A stretch of 64,000 bases of DNA, taken from positions 62,001 through 126,000 of IMG/VR virus record IMGVR_UViG_3300046323_000587; one strand, 5' to 3'. The position numbers and the translations under genes were made by a program. The notes beneath the pieces were generated by a model that saw nothing but the letters and a program-made list of their open reading frames with translations, made no database searches and was not told where the DNA came from. This document shows, in pieces, positions 10,449 through 20,303 of the stretch (within the stretch, counting starts at the first letter, position 1; each line of letters begins with the position of its first letter).

Positions 10449-12164
10449 AAAGATCACAGGATTTGAAAATATTCTAGGTACAATAAAAGAATTAAAGTTA
10501 GACTTAGATAGTTGTGAATATGGTGAACTAGTAGCTTTAGATACTGAAACTAATGGTTTAGATGCATACAAAAATAAAGTTTTATTATTAATATTAACTT
10601 TTAAAGGTTCTACTTGGCTTATAGATACCACAACTATTGATGTTAGTTTCTTACAATATTATTTCGATAAATATTCTTTTATTTTTATTACTCACAATGG
10701 TAAATTTGATTCAAAAATGTTGAGAATCAATTGTGGTCTGGATTTAAAATATATCTATGATACAATGATTGTAGATCAAAGAATTTATCAAGGGTATTTT
10801 ACTGATGTAAAGAATACTATAACTATAACAAATGAAGAAACTGGAAGAGAGACTAAGAAAAAAGTAAGTTATTTTAGTTTGAATGCAGTTAGAAAAAGAT
10901 ATTTAAAAAATTATGTTGAAATTAATAAAGAAATTAGAAATGCTTTTATTAATAGAGATTTTGATAGTTTTATACCTTCTTTAGACGAATTAGATTATGC
11001 TGCAGCTGATACTCTTGATTTAGAAACTATTTTAAAAGCACAAATAAATAAATTATTTGAAGTAGATGAAAGATTGTATAGATTTATTTTTGATATAGAA
11101 TTTCCTTTAATTAATGTATTAGTTGATTGTGAACTAGAAGGCTATACCATTAATACTGAAACAGCTAAAATTAATTCCGACATTCTTGAACAATTATTAA
11201 AAGATTGTAAAATAGATTTAAATGATTATATTTCTAGTGAATATTCTCATATAGATTTTTCTAACGTAGAGAAAAAATCTGTTGTTAGAAGAGAAATGCT
11301 ATCAAAACAACTACATAATTTCTTTGTTAGAATATCTACTCAATATCTTATAAAAGAAGAACTAGAACAAAAGAATAAGACTACTTTAAAAAAGTATCAA
11401 AATTGTTTAGATTCAATAACAAATTGTGAAAATAATATAATTAGAATAAAACAAGAACTAGAAAATCTTGATGTAACAAAAATTAATTGGAGTTCAAGTA
11501 AACAAGTATTAAAAGTATTTGATTTGGTTGGTATGAAAGATAAAGAGATGCCGATTTCAAAAGATGCAAAAACTAGACAATACAAGCCTGGAGTAGGAAA
11601 AGTAGCTTTAAGTAAATGGTTTGTAGATAATAAAACTAGTAGCTATCTACCTTTAATGAATAAGTTTCAAACTTTTACTGGAGTAGCTCATACATTTCGT
11701 TCTTTTTGTCAGCCTTGGTTAGATAAATATTTAAGAGAAAATAATAAAGTTTATACTATTTTTAGACAATGTAATACAGAAACAGGAAGGTTTCAATCAG
11801 GAGATAAAAAATCTGAAGCAAGTAATTTTCAACAAATACCTAATACTAAAAAATATGGTAAGAATAAAACACTTGTTTCTTTAAGAAAGATGTTTGTTGC
11901 TAAACAAAATCATAAAATACTTATTGCTGATTGGTCTTCTGCCGAATTAAGATATATTATTGATAAAGCTAGTGATAAAGAACTAAAACTTATATCTGAA
12001 ACAGGTGATTTACATTCTTACTTTGCTCAAAGAGCTTGGAGAGCTATTTATAATTATAGATATCTTAAAACAGGAGATCCAAAAGATAAAGAATTAGCAG
12101 AAACTTTGATTGTAAGTCAAAATGAAAATACTCATCTTAGAGGAGGCTTTAAACCATTTACGTT
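10432..12164 (+). CDS. polA: Family A DNA polymerase, exon 1 (3'-5' exonuclease plus polymerase up to motif B)
   Basis: Exo motifs ALDTETNG, HNGKFD and YAAAD; TETGRFQS; motif A ADWSSAELR; ends inside motif B (RGGFKPFT-F). ATG at 10432 preferred over TTG at 10423. Confidence 0.92.
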
Positions 12165-12482
12165 TAAATTAGTTTAATTTTTTTAATAGAAAAAAAAGAA
12201 AAACTCAGACGCTATATACAGTAATGTATAATAGAAAATTCCGTGAATTGCTGGAAATCCTTCAAAATTACAGGACAATCAGCAGCGAAGTAATTTAGAA
12301 ATAAATTAAACGTTCAGAGACTAGATTTTGATTCTTAACAAGTAAAGTTGCAGAAGATAACAAATCCAAGAGCGCGGGATAACCATTTTATCGTGTATTT
12401 AATGGTTAATGATATAGTCCGAGCTTATACAATGATAAAGTATAAGAATTATAGGATAAAGAGCCTATAAGATAACAAAATG
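12165..12482 (+). mobile_element. Group I self-splicing intron (IA-like, 318 nt, no homing endonuclease)
   Basis: P aattgctggaaa (12246-57), Q aatcagcag (12277-85), R gttcagagactag (12312-24), S gatatagtcc (12411-20); P3 attccgtg/cgcgggat; IGS agacg (12207-11) pairs exon cgtt|t with U.G at 12164; terminal G at 12482; splicing restores FTFGLIYG. Confidence 0.93.
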
Positions 12483-13080
12483 TGGGTTAATTTACGGAAT
12501 GCATAGCAAGAAAGCAGCTACTACTGCAAATATTAGCATAGAAGAAGCTGAAATTATGATTAAATCAATGAAAGAAGTTATTCCTGTAACTTTTGAAAAA
12601 ATGTTGTTACACGAAGAAGAAGCTCTTGCTAATGGATATATTATAATAAATGAAGTAACTGGTACTAGAAGATGGTTTAAACCTGTAATTGATTTATTTG
12701 AAGAAAGACCAGAATTAAAAACTATTGTAAATAAAATAGATAGAGCTAAAGCTGTTTATGAAGCACTAAAAAAGAAAAGATTTATGTCTGCAATTAATGT
12801 TTCTAGTAAAGCAAGAAATACACCAATTCAAGGTTCTCAAGCAGATGGCTTACATTATACCTTATTAAAAAACTATGAATGGATTAAAAAACATGACTTA
12901 GATATTAAATTAATTAATACTGTTCACGATGAATTTCATTATGAATTTCCTGATTGGTATGAAAGTTTTATACCTGAATTATTAACTGAACAGATAGGTA
13001 AGAATGGTTCTGTATATCTTAATCCTGAATTAATTAAAATGGAATCAGATTATAAAGTAGCAGATTATTGGATTAAATAA
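12483..13080 (+). CDS. polA: Family A DNA polymerase, exon 2
   Basis: GLIYGM (end of motif B), RNTPIQGSQAD, motif C TVHDE; spliced product 776 aa from ATG 10432. Confidence 0.92.
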
Positions 13081-13096
13081 TTTTAATTTATTTAAA

Positions 13097-13753
13097 ATGA
13101 AAAAGTTTAAAACAAAAGATGAAGTAGTAGATTTTTTAATTAAATTAGGTTATGTAACTATAAAAGACAATACTTTAATTATAACTGACAAATTAAAAGA
13201 AAATTATAACTATTTTGAATTAGAAAATAAATACAATCTATTAAAAGAAGAATATAAGACTTTAAGTTTATCTTCTAATTTAAAAATCAATGAATTATCT
13301 AAAACAAGAAGTTCTGTAACAGGAAAAGACTTGAAATTTGTATTTGAAAATATGGGATTTAAAGATTGGATTAAAACTTGGGTTAAGTTGTTTCCTACTT
13401 CTAAAAGAAATACAGTTACAGGTAAAACAGGACTAGAACAAAGAATGTTAAAATTTGTATTAGATAACCTAGAAACTTTGTTAGGATTATTAAAATATGA
13501 TTATAAAGGAGTATTAACTAAAAATCAGCTATTGAATGATCCTTCTTTTAGAACTGATTTATATCTTACAATAGATAAAGCTACTAAGAAATATTTGAGT
13601 GAAGTATCTAATAAAAATTATATGTATTGTAAAGAAGCTCAATACTTTATATTAAAAGCAGGAGAATCAAGTAAACTTCTTTCTTATTGTGAACAAGTAT
13701 TAGATAATTCACAAGTTAAAACTAATTCAGATTCTTGGATAACGTTTATTTAA
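13097..13753 (+). CDS. Hypothetical replication-module protein
   Basis: 218 aa between the polymerase and helicase genes. Confidence 0.7.
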   Translation: MKKFKTKDEVVDFLIKLGYVTIKDNTLIITDKLKENYNYFELENKYNLLKEEYKTLSLSSNLKINELSKTRSSVTGKDLKFVFENMGFKDWIKTWVKLFPTSKRNTVTGKTGLEQRMLKFVLDNLETLLGLLKYDYKGVLTKNQLLNDPSFRTDLYLTIDKATKKYLSEVSNKNYMYCKEAQYFILKAGESSKLLSYCEQVLDNSQVKTNSDSWITFI

Positions 13754-13791
13754 GATTTATTTAAGACTTATTTAAAATTATTACATCAATT

Positions 13792-15171
13792 ATGTTAAAA
13801 AGAAAACCACTAGATGTTACTAAATTAACAAATGAAGTTGAATCAGAAGATGAATATGAAACAGATTTTGAGAATGAAGAAAATCCTGAAGTAATTAATT
13901 CTACTAAACCTATTCAAGAAATTAATACACAAAGTGCCTCACAAATTAAATTAACTGATTTAGAATTAGAAAAACTAATTGTACAAATTCCTTTTGTTAA
14001 TTCTTTGTCTGATAATGCTTTAAAAGAATCTGATTTAAAAGGAATTGATTTAAAAGGAACTGAAGGAGAATATTCTAAAAAATATAACAAATATGGATTA
14101 CATTATCATTCTAAGAAAGCAAAACAAAGAACTATTGACGGTATTTTAGGTAAAAATAAAGGTTTGGCTACATTTCCTAAATTAGATAGGCTTATTTATG
14201 GATTAAATAAAGAACATCAATACGTTATTGTAGGAGAATCTAAATCAGGTAAGACTGCTTTATTGATGAATATTATATTCAATGCTTTGTTCGATAATTA
14301 TAGTCTCAAAGAAAACAAATATAATATAGTTATTAATTGGTTTTCATTAGAGATTACAGGACCTTCTTTATTTCAGAGATTTGTTTCAATGTATCTTTAT
14401 AGAAAGTATAAACTAGATTATTCTAAATCAGACTTAGAAGGTCGAACTAATAATAAATTAGGAGATAAGATTCAATTGGAAGGAGCTTCAAAAGAAGATT
14501 TATTGTCAAATCAATTGAATTTAGTTCACACTTATTATGATGAAGCAGAAAAAATTGTAAGAAATTTGGGTATTATTAATGTATTTGACTTTCCTAGTAA
14601 TTCTGATAAGATTAAAAATGTTATAAGAGAATGTCATGAAGAATATGGAAACTATACAGCAGAAGGAGACTATATATTAAATAATGAAAGAACTTTTGTT
14701 ATAAATATTGTAGACCACACTAGATTAATTGCTCAATTAGCAAAAGAAGATGAAATTCAAAGAGTTATTAATGTTTCATCTTCTTTATTCCAAGCTAGAA
14801 ATAAGTATCGTTGTACTAATATATTGGTTTCACAGTGTAATAAAACAATGAATGATGAAGAAAATGAACGTTATCAGTATGTACCACAAGTAGATGATAT
14901 GTTTGGTTCTAGTGCATTAGTAAATGATGCAGATGTTGTAATGTCTATTGCTACACCTATATTGCACAGATTATCTAATTTTAGAGGTTATGATATTGAT
15001 AAAATGAAAAATTTTTTTAGAGGTTTAGTTATTATAGCAGCTAGAGATTATGAATTAGGTACAGGAGTTGCTTTTGAGTCTAATTTTAGAAATAATATTT
15101 TTACAGAATTACCTTTACCAGAAGAAATGAATTACAGTAAATATGAAAAGACAATAGAATCAATAATGTAG
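13792..15171 (+). CDS. dnaB: Replicative DnaB-like (SF4) helicase
   Basis: Walker A GESKSGKT, FSLEI, IVDH, LVSQ, GSSALVNDADVV. Confidence 0.85.
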   Translation: MLKRKPLDVTKLTNEVESEDEYETDFENEENPEVINSTKPIQEINTQSASQIKLTDLELEKLIVQIPFVNSLSDNALKESDLKGIDLKGTEGEYSKKYNKYGLHYHSKKAKQRTIDGILGKNKGLATFPKLDRLIYGLNKEHQYVIVGESKSGKTALLMNIIFNALFDNYSLKENKYNIVINWFSLEITGPSLFQRFVSMYLYRKYKLDYSKSDLEGRTNNKLGDKIQLEGASKEDLLSNQLNLVHTYYDEAEKIVRNLGIINVFDFPSNSDKIKNVIRECHEEYGNYTAEGDYILNNERTFVINIVDHTRLIAQLAKEDEIQRVINVSSSLFQARNKYRCTNILVSQCNKTMNDEENERYQYVPQVDDMFGSSALVNDADVVMSIATPILHRLSNFRGYDIDKMKNFFRGLVIIAARDYELGTGVAFESNFRNNIFTELPLPEEMNYSKYEKTIESIM

Positions 15172-15250
15172 TTTTATTGATTGTTTTTAATTAATTAGCT
15201 TAGTTTTTATTTTTATTTTTATTATTTTTAATACTTTAATATTTACTATT

Positions 15251-16207
15251 ATGGCAGAATACAAATTTTTACCATTAACAGCAGCAGGAGAAGTCATTGA
15301 GCAAGATACTTTATTTGATAGTCCTTCTTCATTAGTTATGATTGCATTACCAAAACAAGGTAAAAGTAATTTATTGGCAGGGAATAAAAAATGTTTAATT
15401 GTCGATTTAGAAGGTTCCACTAATTATATAAAAGGTGCAATCGTATCAAAAGTTGTTATAGATGTATTAGAAGATTTAGATAAATTAACTATTGAAATTC
15501 CAGACAAAAATAATGAAAATCCAAAGGATCCAGCTAAATCTAAATTTATGTTGCGACCTATTTTTAATGTAGTTGCTGAACTTATTCAAGCAAATAATAT
15601 GATACAGTACAGAAAATTAGTTAAACAATGGAATCTTAAACAGTCTCCAGAATTAAAAAACCAGATTCATACTCTAGTAAAAAAAATGCCTTTTCCTGTT
15701 GTTGCTATTGATACTTTAACTTCTTTAAGCGAGGCAGCAAAATTATTAGCTTATAAATATTATATTATTAATAATCCTAAAACAACTAAATCTAATATTA
15801 AACTTGTAGATAATTATGGAGGACAACAATTTGTAAGAGAAGCTATGTTTGATATTAAAAATTTTATTGAAACTTTTGCAGCTCCTTTTATTATTTGGAC
15901 AGGGCATACAAAAGATAAAGTAATTAAAAAAGACGCTACAGATATTACTATCGCTGATTTAGATTTAGATGGAAAACTCCCTAATATTTTTACAACAACT
16001 TGTGACGCTATTTGCACTGTTTCAAGAGATGATGAAGGTGTTTACATGGATTTTTCTAATATACAAGGAAGTAGTGCTAGTAGAAGTACTTACATACCAA
16101 ATGAAAAATTGTTGATGAGTACACTATTTAAAACAGACGAAAAAGGAACGATTTCTACAAAACCAGAAACTTATTGGAACAAAATTTATCCAGAATTATT
16201 TAATTAA
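15251..16207 (+). CDS. P-loop ATPase (AAA_24/Sak4-like)
   Basis: ALPKQGKS, IVDLEGS, VAIDTLT, WTGH. Confidence 0.8.
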   Translation: MAEYKFLPLTAAGEVIEQDTLFDSPSSLVMIALPKQGKSNLLAGNKKCLIVDLEGSTNYIKGAIVSKVVIDVLEDLDKLTIEIPDKNNENPKDPAKSKFMLRPIFNVVAELIQANNMIQYRKLVKQWNLKQSPELKNQIHTLVKKMPFPVVAIDTLTSLSEAAKLLAYKYYIINNPKTTKSNIKLVDNYGGQQFVREAMFDIKNFIETFAAPFIIWTGHTKDKVIKKDATDITIADLDLDGKLPNIFTTTCDAICTVSRDDEGVYMDFSNIQGSSASRSTYIPNEKLLMSTLFKTDEKGTISTKPETYWNKIYPELFN

Positions 16208-16235
16208 ATCAATATTAAATTATCGATAATACATT

Positions 16236-16895
16236 ATGACAAAAGAAAAATTATTAGAACAAGAGAAAATAAAAGCATTAATACCAAAAAATGATTTAAT
16301 TATAAGAGTATATAAAGAAAGAAATCAATTTAAATTTTTTCCTTCAATTGAATTAAAGACTACTTACGATTTAAATTATGGAGGTATTATAACAGAGAAT
16401 AAAAAAACTGATAAGAAAGAGATTAAACAAAAGACTTTAGAAGGAAATGGGATAGATTTTTATTTAGTAGAAAATATCTTAAATACTAATTTTAATTTAT
16501 CTTATAAAGAATACAAAGAACGAACTATGTTAGAAAGTCTTTCTCAATTACCAGCTAAGACTTTGTTAGTGTCTATCACACCAAGAACAGAATCTAATAT
16601 TGATTTATTTGGTTCTTATAAACAAGGAGAAGAATTAACTTTTACAAAATCTGATACATCTGATCCTTTGATAGAAACTTTAATGGACGATCAAAAATTA
16701 GTTGATTTGGGACTGGACTTCAGAAAATTAATTAGTTTTGATTTGTTTATTTCTATTGAAAGTAGTGTGTATGAATTTGAATTACAAGATTTAACTGTTC
16801 AAACAATTGTAAACACTAATAGAAAAAGAAAATCTTTAACATTGATTAAACCAGAGATTATTAATATTGTATTGAATACCACAGCAGAAAATTAG
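16236..16895 (+). CDS. Hypothetical protein
   Basis: 219 aa ORF. Confidence 0.65.
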   Translation: MTKEKLLEQEKIKALIPKNDLIIRVYKERNQFKFFPSIELKTTYDLNYGGIITENKKTDKKEIKQKTLEGNGIDFYLVENILNTNFNLSYKEYKERTMLESLSQLPAKTLLVSITPRTESNIDLFGSYKQGEELTFTKSDTSDPLIETLMDDQKLVDLGLDFRKLISFDLFISIESSVYEFELQDLTVQTIVNTNRKRKSLTLIKPEIINIVLNTTAEN

Positions 16896-17018
16896 TCTCA
16901 AAAAAATCTAAGAAAACTTTTATTAAAATTTTATTAAAAACAACAATTAAACATATTTATTAGTAACTTTACATATTAAAATTTAAGTTTTTAATTATTC
17001 ATCTTAATTTATTGTATT

Positions 17019-18257
17019 ATGGCATTAAATAAAAAAGGTTTTTCAGCAATAGAAATAGCAAATAAAGTAGAAGAAAAATTCAATAATGTAGTTGGTTTTT
17101 TATTAGCAGAAATTGAAAAAATTAACCCTACTCAAGAATGGTTATTAGAAAATAAATATCAAGTTCCACAAAATTTTGATTCTAAATATTTTTATAAAGA
17201 AAGAGAAGACCGTAGTGATGCAAATTCACCTGAACATATTGTTGGAAAGAATATTACTTTTTGTTTAAAGAGAGATAGAGGTCAATTGCTACCAGATGAA
17301 GTATTGATTGAAAATGATTTATTAAAACGTAAACAAAAACAGGGTGGTGTACTGACTTCTGCAAATGATATTTATTTAGAGAATTATTTAAATTTAGTTA
17401 AAACAACAGGATTTAAAAAACTACTTTCATTTCCTATTAAACCTTCTTTTAGAACTACAACGGACAATCCAAATAAATCTCAAAAAATCGATGCTTTTGG
17501 AAATACAAAATGGATAGAAGACAGTAAAATGGAGGACCCTAATAATTATAATGAATATTTTTCATCTACAAAAGCAAGAAAAGCTCTTTTTGGTGAAGAA
17601 GATTTAGTTAATTTCTTAATGAAAGTACTGGAATCTAAAAAAACTGATGAATGTTATATTGATCCTATTGAAGAGATAGTTAAAAAAAGTGCAACTAAAC
17701 AATTGGTAGTAAGTGATTTAGATATTATTGTAACTTGGTTATCAAAAAATCTTATTGAAGCTGATAAAACTAGAAAACCTTGTGTAGGTGTATTGACATA
17801 TAGAAATAAAACTAATTCAGATTTCTTGGATGTATTTACAAAAGGATTTGTTGCTCCTTCTTGTATTTTTAATCCTTATTTGATGGATAGTAAATCTAAC
17901 GGTAGATACGGTTTCAATGCTTTTATTAGAAAAGCTACATTAGGGTATAAAGAATATACAGCTATTCCTAATATGGCAGGATTTAAACAATCAGAGAAAT
18001 TTGTTTATTATATTACAGCAAAAGAACAAAAGATTGAAGTAACTGCTAAAAAACCAGCACCAGCAGGAACTTATCCAATTAATGCAGAAAAACCTACTTT
18101 TGAAGAGTTGTTGTTGAACACTTTTAATCCTGCTGAAAAAGTGAATCAAATTATTGCTGATCCTAATAAAGTTGTCCAAGAAATGAAACCTAACAAATTT
18201 GAAGGCCTTGATGATAACGAAACATCTAATTGGGGAACTATGCTTGTAGCTGACTAG
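17019..18257 (+). CDS. Putative ssDNA-binding protein
   Basis: 412 aa between the AAA ATPase and primase as in crAss-like phages, with an acidic C-tail; function inferred from position. Confidence 0.45.
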   Translation: MALNKKGFSAIEIANKVEEKFNNVVGFLLAEIEKINPTQEWLLENKYQVPQNFDSKYFYKEREDRSDANSPEHIVGKNITFCLKRDRGQLLPDEVLIENDLLKRKQKQGGVLTSANDIYLENYLNLVKTTGFKKLLSFPIKPSFRTTTDNPNKSQKIDAFGNTKWIEDSKMEDPNNYNEYFSSTKARKALFGEEDLVNFLMKVLESKKTDECYIDPIEEIVKKSATKQLVVSDLDIIVTWLSKNLIEADKTRKPCVGVLTYRNKTNSDFLDVFTKGFVAPSCIFNPYLMDSKSNGRYGFNAFIRKATLGYKEYTAIPNMAGFKQSEKFVYYITAKEQKIEVTAKKPAPAGTYPINAEKPTFEELLLNTFNPAEKVNQIIADPNKVVQEMKPNKFEGLDDNETSNWGTMLVAD

Positions 18258-18282
18258 TTTGTAGTTTATTTAGTAATTGAAG

Positions 18283-18317
18283 AATCCTTATTGATAATTT
18301 TTCAGTAAGGATTTTTT
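18283..18317 (+). terminator. Intrinsic terminator
   Basis: aatccttattga / tcagtaaggatt plus T-run. Confidence 0.7.
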
Positions 18318-18383
18318 ATATTATTATACCTACTAATTCTTTAAATTTTAAATTAACTCACTTAAATTAAATGTTTAATTATT

Positions 18384-19400
18384 ATGTTGGTAAAAAATAA
18401 AACTATTATTAATTCAATTTCTACACAAGAAAAAGTTTCTAAAATATTAGATATAGGACAATACAATATATTACAATATTACTTAAAACAAGATATAACT
18501 AATCCAAATAAATTATTTAATCCTTATAGAGATATTTTATGTTGTGGAATAGATAATAAACCTAGTTGTTATATATCATCTAAAAAGATAAATGATACAG
18601 ATTGGTTAATATTTAACGATAGAGCTATCGGATATAGTGCAAATATTTTTGGTCTAGCAGCGACTAAATATGGTTTATCTTTAACCGGATTTGTAAATAA
18701 AGAACTTTTTAGTAAAACTGTTGATTTATTATACAATGAAATAACTAATTCAGAAGATCTTTTTGATATAGATGAAGATAAGATAATTGAAAAAAAACTT
18801 TTAAAGAAATCTACTTCTACAATAGAAGTATTTCCTAAAATATACTCTGAAAAAGAATTAAATTACTGGAAACAATACAACATAGAATTAAATGATTTAA
18901 TTGATTTTAAAGTGTTTGCTTGTAGCAAAGTAGTAATCAATGGAAAAACATTTTTACGTTCTTCTACTGAAGATATATGTTTTGCATATAAATTTCAAGA
19001 AGGTAAATATAAAATCTATCGTCCTGAATCTTTAAAAGAGTATAAATGGAGAACTAATACATCAGAAATAGATAATATAAACTTTATTGAAAATGATTTA
19101 GTAATACTTACTAAAAGTAGAAAAGATCGTATTGTATTGAAGAAAATGGGGTTTGAATCTTATTCTTATTCAAGTGAAACTTTAATTCCTGATAAACTAG
19201 CTTATAAAACTAAATACATTTTATATGATAATGACAATAAAGATTTTAACACAGGACAAGAATTTGCTAAACAAATAGCACAAAAATTCAATTTACTTAA
19301 TTTAGAAATTCCTTCTAAATATAAATGTAGCGATATATCAGATTTAGTAAAGAAAGTTGGATTTGAGAAAAGTAAAGAAATTTTACTCGGCTTAATTTAA
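18384..19400 (+). CDS. DNA primase (TOPRIM, crAss-type)
   Basis: NPYR...DNKPSC N-terminal domain, KIYRP..KW, ILTKSRKD, YDND, DISD. Confidence 0.82.
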   Translation: MLVKNKTIINSISTQEKVSKILDIGQYNILQYYLKQDITNPNKLFNPYRDILCCGIDNKPSCYISSKKINDTDWLIFNDRAIGYSANIFGLAATKYGLSLTGFVNKELFSKTVDLLYNEITNSEDLFDIDEDKIIEKKLLKKSTSTIEVFPKIYSEKELNYWKQYNIELNDLIDFKVFACSKVVINGKTFLRSSTEDICFAYKFQEGKYKIYRPESLKEYKWRTNTSEIDNINFIENDLVILTKSRKDRIVLKKMGFESYSYSSETLIPDKLAYKTKYILYDNDNKDFNTGQEFAKQIAQKFNLLNLEIPSKYKCSDISDLVKKVGFEKSKEILLGLI

Positions 19401-19424
19401 TAATTTAATAATTTAATAATTTAA
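19393..19424 (+). repeat. Tandem octamer (TAATTTAA)x4
   Basis: Read directly; spans the primase stop to the next ATG. Confidence 0.8.
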
Positions 19425-19858
19425 TGAAAAATACTATGTCAAATATTTCAATTTTAGATAATGAAGAAACAAAATCTATTCTATATGGAGTAGAATTAAA
19501 CAACACTATTAACAATATAGTAAATGATGTACAAAATAATAAACTAGACTTAGAAGAAACTTTAGAACAACATTTAGTAAAATTTTTTAAAGTTTATACA
19601 GATAAAATAGATTTACTAGAAAGAAAAATAAAAGAAGTAGTTATTTTAGTAATTATTACTAAACAAAAATTAAATGAAACTAAGTCTATTTTTAATGAAA
19701 GCACAGACACATTTAAAATGTTGGACAGTTCTTATAAAAATGTAAGTAAATTATTTAATTTAACAACTAAAACTATTGACACTAACAAAATTCAAGATTG
19801 GATAGATGAAGTTGAAAATAAATCTAGTGTACTTAAAAGTATAGACGATATTTTATAA
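19424..19858 (+). CDS. Hypothetical coiled-coil protein
   Basis: 144 aa ORF. Confidence 0.6.
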   Translation: MKNTMSNISILDNEETKSILYGVELNNTINNIVNDVQNNKLDLEETLEQHLVKFFKVYTDKIDLLERKIKEVVILVIITKQKLNETKSIFNESTDTFKMLDSSYKNVSKLFNLTTKTIDTNKIQDWIDEVENKSSVLKSIDDIL

Positions 19859-19875
19859 CATAGATTTTACTAAAC

Positions 19876-19908
19876 TATTAGAGAATATCTTTTAAATATT
19901 CTCTAATA
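19876..19908. terminator. Hairpin, possible terminator
   Basis: tattagagaatat / atattctctaata 13-bp inverted repeat. Confidence 0.5.
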
Positions 19909-19969
19909 ATTATTTATTAGCTAATCCAAACAATTTATTGCCATTTTTAACCCTTTAATAATCAAATAT

Positions 19970-20239
19970 ATGCAATTTCAAATTGACCCAATGTTATTAC
20001 ATTTTTTACCAGAAGATCGTTCTTATATTATCAATAATTGGGAACAAGTAATTTACAATTACAATCAAATAGTTATTAAAATTAGAGCTTTTCAAGCATA
20101 TTCAGAAATAAAAACAGAAGTAAGACCAGAAACAAATATTATAACTGAAAGTAACGATACAGAAAATGTAACTGAACAATCAGAAGTAATTAATACGGAA
20201 ACCCCTGTTACAGAATCAACTTATAGAAAAAGAAAATAG
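19970..20239 (+). CDS. Hypothetical protein
   Basis: 89 aa with a T/E-rich tail. Confidence 0.6.
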   Translation: MQFQIDPMLLHFLPEDRSYIINNWEQVIYNYNQIVIKIRAFQAYSEIKTEVRPETNIITESNDTENVTEQSEVINTETPVTESTYRKRK

Positions 20240-20303
20240 TTTTTATTATAATTTATTAGAATTATTTACCATTAAACTCAATATTAAACTTAAAAATTAA
20301 ATT

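Noticed and set aside
10423-13080. Polymerase as a pseudogene, frameshifted gene or two-subunit split gene
   Set aside because: The gap has all group I intron core elements, and its removal restores motif B in frame
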